A DNA stretch of 44,917 nucleotides, filler included, from Catajapyx aquilonaris (taxonomy: Eukaryota), in the NCBI GenBank assembly GCA_000934665.2. It is 2 parts of 2 records of this genome, joined end to end, with 100 filler letters (N's around TTAATTAATTAA, not from the genome) between each part and the next. Parts side by side here need not be neighbours in the genome. Positions count along the whole stretch, not along the records: positions 1 to 22,402 come from JYFJ02005871.1; positions 22,503 to 44,917 come from JYFJ02005872.1. One strand, given 5' to 3'. Below are positions 22,373 to 34,345 of the stretch, piece after piece. Within the stretch, counting starts at the first letter, position 1; each line of letters starts with the position of its first letter. Under the pieces are notes generated by a model. It was not told where the DNA came from, did no database searches, and was given only the letters and a program-made list of their open reading frames with translations. The position numbers were made by a program, and so were the translations under genes.

Positions 22373-22402
22373 TCCAAGTACTAAAAGTGTTTAATCACCC
22401 GG

Positions 22403-22502
22403 NNNNNNNNNNNNNNNNNNNNNNNNNNNNNNNNNNNNNNNNNNNNTTAATTAATTAANNNNNNNNNNNNNNNNNNNNNNNNNNNNNNNNNNNNNNNNNN
22501 NN
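22403..22502. other. Artificial assembly spacer: 44 N + TTAATTAATTAA + 44 N
   Basis: Exactly 100 bp, symmetric, with a six-frame-stop linker at 22447-22458. Confidence 0.95.
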
Positions 22503-22698
22503 ACGGGGTGAAATTGTGGCACGGGAAAAAATTTATACCTCCCCTCCCTTAGTATATAAAAATTATTTTCATGTATCATCTGAAATGTGAGATGTGCAAA
22601 AATGTTGTAAAAAATATTCGTTCCGATATATCAATTACTCTGGTTTGCTTGCAAGAAAAACCTCCAAAAGTGGCACAATTTCCCCCCGTTTGACAGTA
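22503..22698. mobile_element. pogo/Tigger-like MITE end, truncated by the gap
   Basis: Ends GTGGCACAATTTCCCCCCGTTTGACAG-TA; the inverted partner ACGGGGTGAAATTGTGGCAC is at 22503-22522. Confidence 0.6.
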
Positions 22699-23112
22699 GG
22701 CCTATACAGCTCCCTTTTTTAAAAAAAATCCTGGTAACGGTTTGCTTAGACGATCCACATATAATATTTCGATAGTTAGCTCAGGAGAACAATATTTGTA
22801 ACAACTACTTTCTCCTAAGTACTCTCTTGAAATACCATACAACGGACACTCGAACAGTGTGCCAATAAGAAACAATTCTAGGCACAGGAATGACCCATAC
22901 AAGTTCAGAAACGTTTGAGCCCTTGTTTTGTCCAGAGTCTGGTCACGATCTATACTAGGATCGTCAGGTAATAATTCATTTACTTTATCTGATGTATATA
23001 TCAATTAAAATCGTCCTTATTATTATACTGATCGAAAATTAACCCACCAGTTAAGTATTTCCACATAATCAATAAAGATTCGTGACATTATTATAACAAT
23101 TATTACAGCGAG

Positions 23113-23114
<2 letters not shown>

Positions 23115-23170
<56 letters not shown>
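23115..23170 (+). repeat. (CT)n microsatellite
   Basis: About 28 CT units read directly. Confidence 0.98.
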
Positions 23171-23173
<3 letters not shown>

Positions 23174-23639
23174 GACTCTAAATTATAAACGGAATAAAGT
23201 CGTGCTGACTATATTCCGCTTACAATATTATTCAGGGTTCCTCTTTGAGATTGTGACCAACCGCAGCCGACATGATCATCTCATTCATGCAATGCTTGTG
23301 CGTGCACCGCTTATGTAGGTAAGTACTGAAATGCGTGGGTGTATGTTGATAAGCACTTCCGTTACATCTAACACCTTGGGAAAGTTTGTTCTTTTCCTGT
23401 TTGAAGTTCAGTTCTTATCTGAGGTGGTAAGAATCATGGTCAAGGTATCTTGTACAGTCATAAACATATTAAACTTACAAGTTAGTAGGCCAAATTTTTT
23501 AAGTAGGGATGATGGGTTATAATTTGTACTGTGTGTAAATGCCAATTAACCCCATTTTGAATTGTTATTTGTAGAGTAACATTGGCGTACGTTGTTTGAT
23601 GTCCAAAATACATACAGGCTAATATGACTTAGGCTATAT

Positions 23640-23723
23640 ACGTCCCCGCATTTATCGTTTTCCCATATCCATCGTATTTTCTCAAAGGTCCCGATAAAGA
23701 CGATGAATCGAGGTTTCACTGTA
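23640..23723. mobile_element. Single pogo/Tigger-like TIR end
   Basis: CGAGGTTTCACTG-TA (reverse complement of TA-CAGTGAAACCTCG); no partner end found. Confidence 0.5.
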
Positions 23724-23761
23724 GTTATCGGGCAATATATTCATGATGCAGTGACCTCTGT

Positions 23762-24238
23762 GCTGCATCGGGGCGAGAATTCTCACTCCTGAGTTGAATC
23801 CCACTCTATTTGCCCTCTCAAGGCCATGATGTAGCGGCAAAAATTCCCACTGCTGGACAGCACCTTTGCACTATTATAATATAATAAGTATAGAAACGAC
23901 CCGGCTCTGGAGTCACGCTGTTTTGTTTTGGTCGATGCAGAGAGTTGGACGTTACTCGACGGAAGTGAAGTGACCGAGTATTCTCACCGATTGTTATGGA
24001 GGTGAGAATGCTAGTCAGAAATTGTCTGACGAGTGACGTCAGAGTTTGCTCTCTGTGTCAAAACATAACATCATGGTGCATGACTCCAGAGCACTATGAT
24101 ACACTATGATAGCATAGAAGCTCTTGTCCAGCGCAGCGCAACGGTGGAAATTCTCACCGCTATATCTTATCACGGCCTTGAGATGACAAACTAGGGTGCG
24201 ATACAACGCACGTGTGAGAATTCTCGCCGCTATGCAGC
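23762..24238. mobile_element. MITE with ~25-bp inverted ends and internal ATTCTCAC subrepeats
   Basis: GCTGCATCGGGGCGAGAATTCTCAC (from 23762) versus GTGAGAATTCTCGCCGCTATGCAGC (to 24238). Confidence 0.7.
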
Positions 24239-27200
24239 TTAAGGCCCCAGACTGCGTGTTATTTTTAGCAGTCACTTCTTGGTAGCTGTCATTGAATATT
24301 TCGCTGACATCCACAGTGCCCAGCAATTCAGTGAATCACTTTATTGTTATGCAACATATTGTATAATTATGCTGAAAGTTATTTCCAGTCGCTATTATAC
24401 TCGTCAAGGAAAGGATTAATACATGGTGGTATTCTCACAAGCTATGGAATAATAATTACACGCGTTACAAATTCGGAACTTTTCAGGGATTATTATACAT
24501 CCTTCTATTCAGGGTGATTCAGGTATTGAACAGTACAATATCAGAACGTTTATTTTGTCACAGCAGGAGTTTGTCAGAGAACTAGGTGTGACAATGGTGA
24601 TAAGAAGTGTGATATTCAGTGGCTCTCTACCAAGGGAGTGTGTTCAGATTTAAAGCGCCTTTTCTAAACTTGCTAATTGGCAAGTAACTGACTAATAATT
24701 AAAGGGTGTTAATTCTCGCTTTTCTAGCAATCCAATTAAACCGCAACTCAAGAAAATGACTTTGCAAAAATGCGATGCTTTTAATTCTCTGATAGTCACA
24801 TAAAAATTAACAATTGTAGAAAAATGCCAGTCCTTTACAGTATCTACGAATTTTAAAATATACAGAACTGACATGACAACCTTGATATAACACCCAGCCT
24901 TGAAACAAATTGCGGGCTTTGCACAAGCAGAGGAAGAGTTCCCTGACATTGGCATGGGCTTTTTTTAACATAATGGAATTCATGATCTGTTGTGATACTC
25001 CACTTGTCTGTTTCACTACTTCCCAAGTAAACAAAGGCTTTTGCTACCATATTTCAGCATAATTATGCCACTCTCTCTCTCTACCTCTCCCACATACGTT
25101 TTGCAATAAAAGGCAACATTTCGTAAGATGACCAAAATGTTGCACCTTCACTGTGCAATAACTCCTTCTTCAATTTTCTGCTGTTTTTCATGACTAATTT
25201 AGTGTACATACACTCAAGTTTGTCAATGGTAATGTGAAGTAATGGGCATGTACACGATACTCTTCTGGCATTCACCACGTAGTGCAATCCTGGATTGTTC
25301 ACGCCTGATTAGGATAGAAAAAAACTGCAAGAAGCTGCAGTGGCGTGGGTGCATTGGAACTATATTCCAAATGACTGAACCTCATGATTGCTGTCTTCGA
25401 TGTTATCGAATTGCACAAACACGTGGGATAAGTTTGCATATAGGATTGCAACCAGCAATGTGTGCATGTGTTTGAAATGTAAATGAAATCTTCGTTCAAT
25501 GTAATGACCATCGAATATTTGTTCAGTCCACCACACCCTCGCTCTTTGCACCGACTGGTAGATCCACGTAGGTCTAAGGTCAAATAACGCCCAATTTGAA
25601 CCCCACCCTGCCTGCTTATACCTTAGGTTCAATATAACCGGTCATAACGTATTCCACTACACCTCCTAATGTCTCATCTCTTTCTATATGCCATTGCCCT
25701 TACTCTCCCAAGGTAAAGAATATGCAGGGTGGTGCACTGACCAAGACCCCAGTTCAAGAGAGTAGGGGGAGATGTTATACGGATTGCTTAACGCGGCAGT
25801 TCATTTAAAGAGAAACAACAATCACTATAATGGGAATATGGCCCTGCTTGTCACCTCCATCAGATTGATGCTCTTTGGTTGCTGGGGAAAACTAGTATCC
25901 ATAATTACTTTATTTATCCCCTCTTAAACTAGGTACCGGTATTTGTCCAGTGCATCACTCTGTATGACGCAAAAAAAGGTTTGTTGATATTATTTGCAGA
26001 TTTTTTATAACTAATAAAAGAATGATGGTGTAGTTCCTAATGACACTCCTATATCACAGCTTCATTAAGTTACGTCACTTGGCACGGGTGAGTGCACTCA
26101 ATAATGACCTTCATAGACCTGCCTAGTTTATTGATGTTCAACACCAGCCACTCAGAGCCTAATAAAAGTGATGTAATAGTACGTCATGTAAGATCAATTC
26201 CGACATCAATTTTCCGGATAGAAAAACCACAGTAGGATTTAAGCAGACTTATCCCAGACTACCTGAAGCCTGAGCTTCATGTCACGTAATAACTGTGGTT
26301 GTGCAGTCGCATGTTTCAAAGTTCCTGACATACGCTATTACACACACACTAATTATATTTGCTAAACGCCAACGCCTATGCCGGCAAGTTTCTTGCACAT
26401 TCTCTTTGCTGTGAGCGAAACGGTGGTTGCCTATAGGTCAAGGCTAAGAAAGGCGGCCACGTGCGGTTATGTGTAGCCTACTGCAGTAATTCGTGCAATA
26501 TCATACACATTGTGCCCCAAAGAAATCTCCCTTACTCGGGCACACCTAATTAACACTTATAATTGAGAACAATTTAAAAAATAAGTCATGCAAGCAGATA
26601 TTACGTAGAGGCCTTTGCAAAATATATGTGGAGGAAAGCATTTCAATAACAGTGCATTCATTGTCCGAGGATTCGGAGAATCAGGACAAAAGAACAGCAC
26701 AAGATTCATTTGCTGACAAAAGGCAGTGTAAAAAAATATCATGTATAGTACAGTCCAGTCCTCAATTCTAGATGGGGGTAGATGAAAAAATTGTGGGTTA
26801 TAGGTCTAATCACTGCTGCAGCCATCAGTTCATAGAGGTCAAATAGCAAAACCTGTCTGTAATGGACCCTGCATTCTGCGAAAACTTATTAATTACAGAA
26901 TTCTGTTTAGTTGGGCCTGGGATGTACAATGTGTATTTCTGCCATTAACAACCTGCTCAGTGTGAAAGCACTTCGGGGAACAGAGATTCCGTCAGGAATT
27001 TCAACTCGACTTATTTTCGAGATTTTTTAAATTTCTGAGACTGTTTTAATTATCACGATGGAATTTTTCAGCATAGTGTACTTGCTAGAGCAGATGATAG
27101 TGCCCAAATTTCGAAATATTTTCATCAAATATTGGGAGATATGGCAATTGCAATTATATGATAATTTTCATGTTTTAAAAATATCAATTCAATTATCATT

Positions 27201-27506
27201 TTCATAATAATGTCAAAAATAATGTCACTATTGTATTCTCTCTTCATTGGCTGTCAGTTAATATGTAGCCTATACGCTGTAGGGGTTTTCAAGAATAATA
27301 TTATACCTTATCAATGGATAGTTTGGCAAGGGACATCATGGTTAATTTTCATATTTCCGTATCTCTCTGAGATATCATCATATATTAGCAATTAGCAATT
27401 TTGACGGATTTATTGGTTTCTGGAGCCCATAATTCAATCCTTTATTGTAAGCCAGATACCCCACTCCTGGCTTTAACATTTTTCACCTAATATTACTCTG
27501 GATTTA

Positions 27507-27670
27507 TACGAGGGCTGAAATTTCAATAGTGGCAACACATCTGTAGGATAGCAGTGAAACACAAGAAGTTTATACCGCTTAGGCCACAGATAGAGTGTGT
27601 CCTTATCTTACCTCAGGGAGGAATGGGATCGTCGTCCCTCCACGAGATACGCGTGAGCAGTAAAAAGAAG
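27507..27670 (+). mobile_element. mariner-type 5' TIR remnant
   Basis: TA-CGAGGGCTGAAATTTCAATAGTGGCAAC resembles mariner TIRs that start CGAGGG; no transposase or right TIR seen. Confidence 0.5.
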
Positions 27671-28181
27671 ATCGTGAGCTGTCGCGACCAGCTGGTCTAT
27701 TCACGATGTTTTTGAGATGCAAATTTCTTCATTCCCATTAGTTTTTTTTCACAATGTGCAGGACATTCGAATTCGACAATCCCATCTTCTCATCTCTTTT
27801 TCACTGCACAAGCCTCTGCAAATCCTTGATGACAATGTGCTGCAGGCCCTCCGGAAATTTTAATTTTTATCCAACACCTCTGCTCCAATTATTTCAAAAT
27901 CTTCGTGAATATATCGAATTGTCCTAATCCATATCGAGATCGTGCACGTAAATATAGCTCTCCTTTATGGGTAGGCTTATGTGAATTGCATAATATTATG
28001 CACTATAAAAAGCAACATCTGAAATTTTAGAGGCAATTAAAAATTACCGCATCGTCATGCGTGACATGAGTGCGTTTGCGTGTTTGTCCAATACATTTTG
28101 ACAGCATTTAATTATTTTTTCTGTTAGGTTCCTTTTATTTAAATTTGCAAATCCTCATCTATAGCTTCCATATAAATTGAT

Positions 28182-28234
<53 letters not shown>
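28182..28234 (+). repeat. (TAGA)n microsatellite forming the tail of the minus-strand LINE
   Basis: About 13 units; on the - strand it reads AATAAAC(ATCT)n. Confidence 0.95.
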
Positions 28235-29210
28235 GTTTATTATCCCCGAGCACCTTACGGTATACACACTTACACAGGGAGACTTCCCCTACATGAATTT
28301 TACTTTTCACCAAATTCTGTACATTTCATACAGTAGTTTACTGCTGTTTACAGTTCAATGTTACAGAACTTAAGGTACCGGTACCCCACTGCGAGTCCAA
28401 AAAACGAATACATTTGATGTATTGCCTGTATCGGCATAGAGGCAAACAGTGTGTGTGTGTCTTGTTCGGTGGGAGTTCGGGAATACCTGCAAGAACATTT
28501 TTACGGATAGTAGGTATAGAAAAAAAGTAGCAGTCGTAAATTAAGTGATGCAAAGTCCAATTGCATAGTGTACAACCCGATCGGAATTTGTAATTCTTAA
28601 CATATATAGAATGAGAAAGATAAGTTTCTAAGATTACATACTAATCGGACAAGCGGTAGTGGAAGAGAATACAGGAAATATTGTGAGAGGCCATAATCGG
28701 GTGCTAGATCAGTATAATCATTATAGCGGAGCGATTTTTGTATATCCCGCCTATCTTGATCGAGAGTTGTTATTATATATAATTTTTAACCAAATACTTG
28801 ACTATTTGTCGTCACCTGCCAAAAGCCATTCTTTCCTATAGAGTAACAACTATTCCAAAAAAAAACTCATTCACTAATCTCGCCCATTTGAGTTCAATTT
28901 GTGTATTTAGGAGCCATTGCTCCATCTGCCATCTGGGAGGGTCAGAGTTTTTATCAAGAACGCTATTAGTTGTTTGAACATGTTGATTGTTAGATTTCTA
29001 CGCTCCGTCTCCATCCGTACAAAATACCCTGCTGTTCTACAGGGAAGTGCTAGAAACTTCTTAATAAAATACGTTTGGATCCTTTCAACTTCATCTCCTC
29101 GATCAAGAGCCCAAAAGGACAAGCAGAGGACAAGCCTCGCGAAACCGGAACAGTTTTTGCATCAAATAGTTTTAACATATAAATTGATTAGCCGCCTACA
29201 TATCTAACAA
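28182..29210 (-). mobile_element. 5'-truncated non-LTR retrotransposon (CR1/L2/Crack-like): ORF2 C-terminus plus tail
   Basis: Minus strand reads KLFDAK..P/..FWALDRGDEVERIQTYFIKKFLALPCRTAGYFVRMETERR, then a C-terminal CCHC-like CTLCN...HHLIYDC (~28530-28575), then AATAAA and a tetranucleotide tail. Confidence 0.8.
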
Positions 29211-31574
29211 GTGCGGCAGCTCACGTTTAGTGTATTTTGAGCTACGAGTTAATTCGTGGATCATACTCTCACGAGCGGTACTTTTTGCTGCTTATGTTTT
29301 TTCCCTTCCATCCCTCTGCAACCACGTGGTAGTTCACCTTGGAACCTATATCGTGTCCGTTGTACAACCTTCTCGCCAAGCTACCGGCTAAGTGAGCGAG
29401 AGTACTCCAAGTTTGCTGCAGTCCACATACGAAAACCCCCTGGCCTTACGTCACCTTCATTGCTTGCTTTTTCACCCTGTGCAATGCAAAGAGGCACTTG
29501 CTACTGCTGCAGGCAGATTCCGCCTTCCTACCTGCGAATATTTCACATGCAGCACACAACAGCAACAACAATAATATTACTTTAGTATGTACAAACTGGA
29601 CTTGCTGACTTGTTTCTCAGATTACCCATCTAGGCTGTTTTGCAAACCTCTATAATCAACTTAATAGCCGCTGCTAATAAGTTGTGCCAGAAATTGAGAC
29701 CTGCGCATGTATCATTTTCTAACACGCAAAGTCCACTGCCTGCAGATACAGGTAGATATCTATCCTATTATTAGGAGGGTCACAAATTGCGTCATGCTTT
29801 CTACTGTACCTAGGACATCCTGGGGGCTACATCAAATTGTGGAGTGTGTTTTATAATTTAGCTGACCTACGTATTGACATAAATGTAATAAAACGCACAA
29901 ATACACAACAATTAAATATATTTTAAAGATTTTCCAATTCCTTTTCACTGTAGGCTGCACAAGAGCGATAATTAACCATTTATATGTGCAAGGTCATCAT
30001 GAACCATGTTTGCAGGGACTGGGCCTAAGAAAGTTCTTTAGGGAGCCTGTAGTAGGCTACAAGACATCTAATAAGCCGCACAACGATTTCTTATATATTA
30101 TTTTCTGCAGTTATTCGGAAAGTATTTTTCGCATAATCCAAGTGCGTGGGAAGGTAGAATGGCACTCTGATAAAAATTCCGCTGCTCTTATTAAATTGAG
30201 CTTCAGAACGATACAATCTAACCATGACCTACGTAACTTCCGTTCCCGGTTAGAAAGGTAGAGGACAGTACTGATACCAGAGGTGAATAATGAGTGTAGA
30301 ACATTTGTGATCTGGAAGTTGTAAGAAATACAAGCTGACATGATGCACTATACGTATCTCCAAATTGGATCAAGAAGTTCCCTACAAAACGGACTCATAA
30401 TTTGGTGCAGTACACGAGCAACCTAATCAGTCATCACTGAAACAAACTGGCATCTGAAATTAATGCTTAATGTTTAAAATAATGGATAGGAAGCTTCCCT
30501 TACTGAACGACAAAAAAACGATTCGCGACATCATTTGTGGCTGGAAGGTGTCATTACTCCATGAGTCGACAATTTAATTTTGGTGATATCACACGTGTAA
30601 ATTAAAGGGAGTATCCCGCTGAATAGACCGCTCGACTATAGCAGAGGAGTGACATAGCGAGAGGAATGTATACAGTACTACCATGCAGAGTAATTCAAGT
30701 GTACTATGATGTTACCAAACTTACAAGGCTCCTCTCCCAAAAATTAAAATTATCTTTTCAAAACATCACGTAACCTTCAAAAAATTCCTCCAATTTTTAA
30801 TACCCCTAACGGAAGACATGAATTTTCAAGATTGAAACTGGCAGGGGTCACGTCAACCAACATCAACAATGGAGGCATTGCCTATCCGTTCCTATCCGTG
30901 CGTTCGTGGCTGTTGTCTTCCTCCGCAGCTATCTCCGGTCTTTTTTCTCTCTTTTTTTTTGCTGTCGGATGTAACTATACCTAACCGTGTGGATCCGGTG
31001 TCGTTTTCCGTAACATTTTCAGGAATAAGAAGAAATAAGAGCTTGGCTAGCGCGAACGGAACTGGTCCGGTAGTGTGATGTTTTATGATGAGCATGCAGT
31101 AGACTGTACTCCTATTAGATAGTCTCTCATTTTTTTCCGTCTTTTTCTATATCTCATATTCCTGCTTGTCACCCGACCTTATGGTTGTTGGGTCGAGTTG
31201 GGTTCGAGGAAGGCCTGGGCGGATTTCTCTTTCTGAATATATTTTTAGGCTCTCCAGTCGCTCGAATGGCGACATTTTGGTCCACTATACACAAAAAACG
31301 CCTTAACACAACGAAATGTGTAATTTTTTACGGTCATCTCAAATTGAATTACAGCACTAAAATAAGAGTTGGAGATCACATATTCTGCCGTAGAAAGTCC
31401 CACATGTGTGTCATATATGTGTAATCATTTCATCCTTTCACACGTGTGTCACTTGCCACGTTTTGGCATCTCTTTGCAGAGAACAGAATGAGAATATGTA
31501 GTGTGTCATGTGAAATGGCAGCACATGGTTTTGTGTCGTTTGACACAAAACACGTTGACGAGATTGCATGGCAG

Positions 31575-32132
31575 TTTTAGACTTTTTCTCATCATCGAAA
31601 AAAAAGTATTGTAGAACGGTTCTGTCCATCCGTCCGTCTGTCTGTCTGTGGACAGGTATCAGATCCTCAACTGCAAGAGATAGCGACAAACGGTTTTAGG
31701 ATTCAGATTAAGCGTGACCTAAATAGGTTTCATCTTTCATGGTCAACTTTCGGTGACCCGCCACTTCCGGTTTTCCGGGTTCACTCTATCCGCATAATTC
31801 TACTTTACGGGCGGGTTATATCGTTGGATATCGAAATTAGTTTCCCTGGATTCATTACCATGTGTGTCGGGGATTTAGCCAGGGTTTTACCTGGCGCTCT
31901 GGCACAGGGGCTGTGGAATTACTTCCTGACGTTGGACATATTTGCGATGCGCGTCCTCGGCCGCGGCCGTCAAGATGTTATCGCCCAGGCCGATACTGGA
32001 ATCTACACGATATTTACATCACGATATATCGATTCACACCTGTGACCTATACATGTTACTTTCTTTGGAGAAAAATTACTCATAAAGTTTCATAATGAGA
32101 AAAGGTCTACTATAATCACGCTCACGTGATTT
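31575..32132 (+). mobile_element. HINE / DINE-1-like non-autonomous Helentron
   Basis: 5' subTIR TAGACTTTTTCTCATCATCGAAA (31578-31600); (GTCC/GTCT)n at ~31622-31650; 3' subTIR TTTCATAATGAGAAAAGGTCTA (32088-32109); hairpin AATCACG-CTCA-CGTGATT (32114-32131); T-runs at both ends. Confidence 0.75.
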
Positions 32133-32407
32133 GCCAATCTTATTTTTGTGTCATATGAGTGATGTGACATCTATTTCTGCGTCGAACGTGTGCCACCGTT
32201 TTGTGTGTAGTACAGATGAAACCTAAACCTTTGTAGCATACCATATTTTTTTCCCTGAACTCGTTCATAACCATTTCCACGTATACGAGTGTATGGCTCA
32301 CTTTCATCTGAGCGAATCTTGCACCTCACATACAATAAAATGAGACTTGTAATAATGGAAAATCTGAGTTTCCTCTTGAGGCCATCAGATTGGCCATCCA
32401 GATATAG

Positions 32408-32530
32408 CCTCTAGAGACCCAATGCGTAGTATGCTATACATCCAGTCTGCATTTTTTAACCTCAGAAAAAATACTCAGAAAAAAAATGCAGACCGGATGT
32501 ATAGCATACTATACATTGGGTCTCTAGAGG
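32408..32530. mobile_element. Short palindromic MITE
   Basis: ~50-bp inverted arms CCTCTAGAGACCCAATG... / ...CATTGGGTCTCTAGAGG, with ATAG on both flanks. Confidence 0.85.
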
Positions 32531-32884
32531 ATAGAGTATCGCAGAAACTGCATTCATGCATTCCTAAACAAACTTCAACCTTTTTTATCACACCCCCAAC
32601 CATTCCTAGTCCGTGCCCCCAACCATGAACCGAATGAAAACAATGGCACTTGAGGAACAACTTGAGGAATGCAAAACACTTATTGTATAGTGGAGCCCTT
32701 TATCTGTACCGGTATACTTGCCGGTATATCAAGTTCAGCAGCAGAATCAGTCCGTGGAATCGCCCACAACCCTATTTTTTCTATATTGTCTGCGTTTACC
32801 GAAATGGTTGCCGCAATATGACAATTCTGATGGTCTTCGTCTCTTCGAGGTTGCTAGGGGCGGGTTGTATGAACATGGGTTGAG

Positions 32885-32941
32885 GTTAATTACGGAGTTC
32901 GCTCTTGACTACATATAACTTAGACTAACTCCGTAGTTAAC
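32885..32941. repeat. Small inverted repeat
   Basis: GTTAATTACGGAGTT ... AACTCCGTAGTTAAC, 1 mismatch. Confidence 0.55.
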
Positions 32942-33180
32942 AGATTTTCTCACCACTAAAAAGTTGCAGTTGCACAGGACAATGATATATTGAAGAGAAA
33001 CTTTTTAAAAAAATCGTTCAAATGATCAACGTTCATACAACAGTAGAAAAGTTCGCGGAGGGAATTGTCCTGAGTTGTCACCAACTGACCTGCATCACCT
33101 TGTATAGTTATTTTTCCGCATCTGTCAAGAAAATTAATGATGTATGAGCACCTGTAATGATTTTAAGACTTGGCGTTACA

Positions 33181-33619
33181 CAGGGTGTTCATGAAAAACA
33201 CCGACAAACCTATATCACCCCCGACCTAGGGACCAGACGATCACATTATGTAAAGGAGTGATTATTCCTGGACCGCCTCATTACCGCGCAAATTGCCTTC
33301 AAACAGGTAGTATAAAATATCCTGGAAGTTAGGCCACCCAACTAACCCTTATTCCCCAGTCACAAGGGTCTGGAAGATCTGGGGGCCGGACTTTGTTGGT
33401 TTGTTGCCCACAGGTGGTAAGGCCTCTATGGCTAGTTACACCTGTCAATTCTATTTAAAAGTCAGAAGGAGCGATTAGGCAAAAATCGCTAATCAGCAAC
33501 GAGTCAATTATCTCAGTAATGAGGCGGTGTAGACATAATGACTCCTCTACATAAAATGACCCTCACGTTACCATTGGCCACTTGGTATCAGTTTGTCGGT
33601 GTTTTTTATGAACACCCTG
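33181..33619. mobile_element. Tc1/mariner-type MITE
   Basis: TIRs CAGGGTGTTCATGAAAAACACCGACAAAC / GTTTGTCGGTGTTTTTTATGAACACCCTG; further internal symmetry (CCGCCTCATTAC / GTAATGAGGCGG). Confidence 0.9.
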
Positions 33620-34004
33620 CATAGAGGCCATTAATGGTATTTTGAAACTAAGAATTGTTCTGGAGCATTGAGGAATATTATGGACATACAAATTGAACAT
33701 GACTGTGCTTCTCACATGAGAATCAGCGTGGGAAGAATTTTTTGGTCATTGTTGAGGAAATGCACTAGTTTTAGGGGTGAATAGGATTATGCATTTTGTA
33801 TGATTCCATTATTGTTTCCTTACTCACCCGAGGTCACAACTTGAGGAAAAAATTTGTTAAAACAAGCAGATGCATAATTATTTAAGCAATAATAATTTAT
33901 TAAGTGAAAATACCCGTTACAATCCTTACCTTATATTCACATGTGATATTTCATCATATAGCTACTGCTGGGAATTATCAGGTTTGTATCATTACTCGAC
34001 ATGT

Positions 34005-34345
34005 GGGGAGGTGTGGTGGCCGAGCTGGTAACGGCTCGGCTTGCTGATCGAAAGATCCCGGGTTCGATCCCCGCCCGGGATTTACCTTTCGGCTGCGTCA
34101 GGAGGGTCTCTGACCTGCACCAAGGAGGTGTCTGGCAACCTAACCTCCTGGGGGACTGCACATGGCCCAGTTTGAGACATTGCACTTGCACCCGTGTCCC
34201 CTCGCCAAAAATCCCTTTCCTTACCCAATTTCCCTGATTTCCCTGCACCGGAGTATGAAGAAACACCAATAAAATTGAAAATATGGTGGTGTTCCACCCC
34301 CCTAATAGAGCGTTGATGGGGTCAAATAAAAAATAAAATAAAAAT
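34005..34345 (+). mobile_element. tRNA-derived SINE, apparently full length
   Basis: Pol III A box TGGCCGAGCTGG (34017-34028), B box GGTTCGATCCC (34061-34071), A-rich tail 34324-34345, TSD ATTACTCGAC (33991-34000 / 34346-34355). Confidence 0.9.

Noticed and set aside
600..22402. True CRISPR array
   Set aside because: The context is eukaryotic, there are no cas genes, and the repeats are long, diverged and irregular. The repeat/spacer comparison is only an analogy.
22447..22458. TTAATTAATTAA palindrome as a biological site
   Set aside because: It is centred in N padding and is a synthetic six-frame-stop linker.
24690..25640. Cluster of short minus-strand ORFs suggesting a decayed gene or transposase
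   Set aside because: No recognisable motif in any frame by eye; BLASTX would be needed.
30101..30160. Possible 43-nt + strand exon (TTTTCTGCAG|LFGKYFSHNPSAWE|GTAGAA)
   Set aside because: Weak donor, no partner exons and no recognisable protein.
34005..34080. tRNA gene (also at ~43543-43617)
   Set aside because: A and B boxes are present, but each runs into a SINE-like body, and the first has an A-rich tail and TSD.
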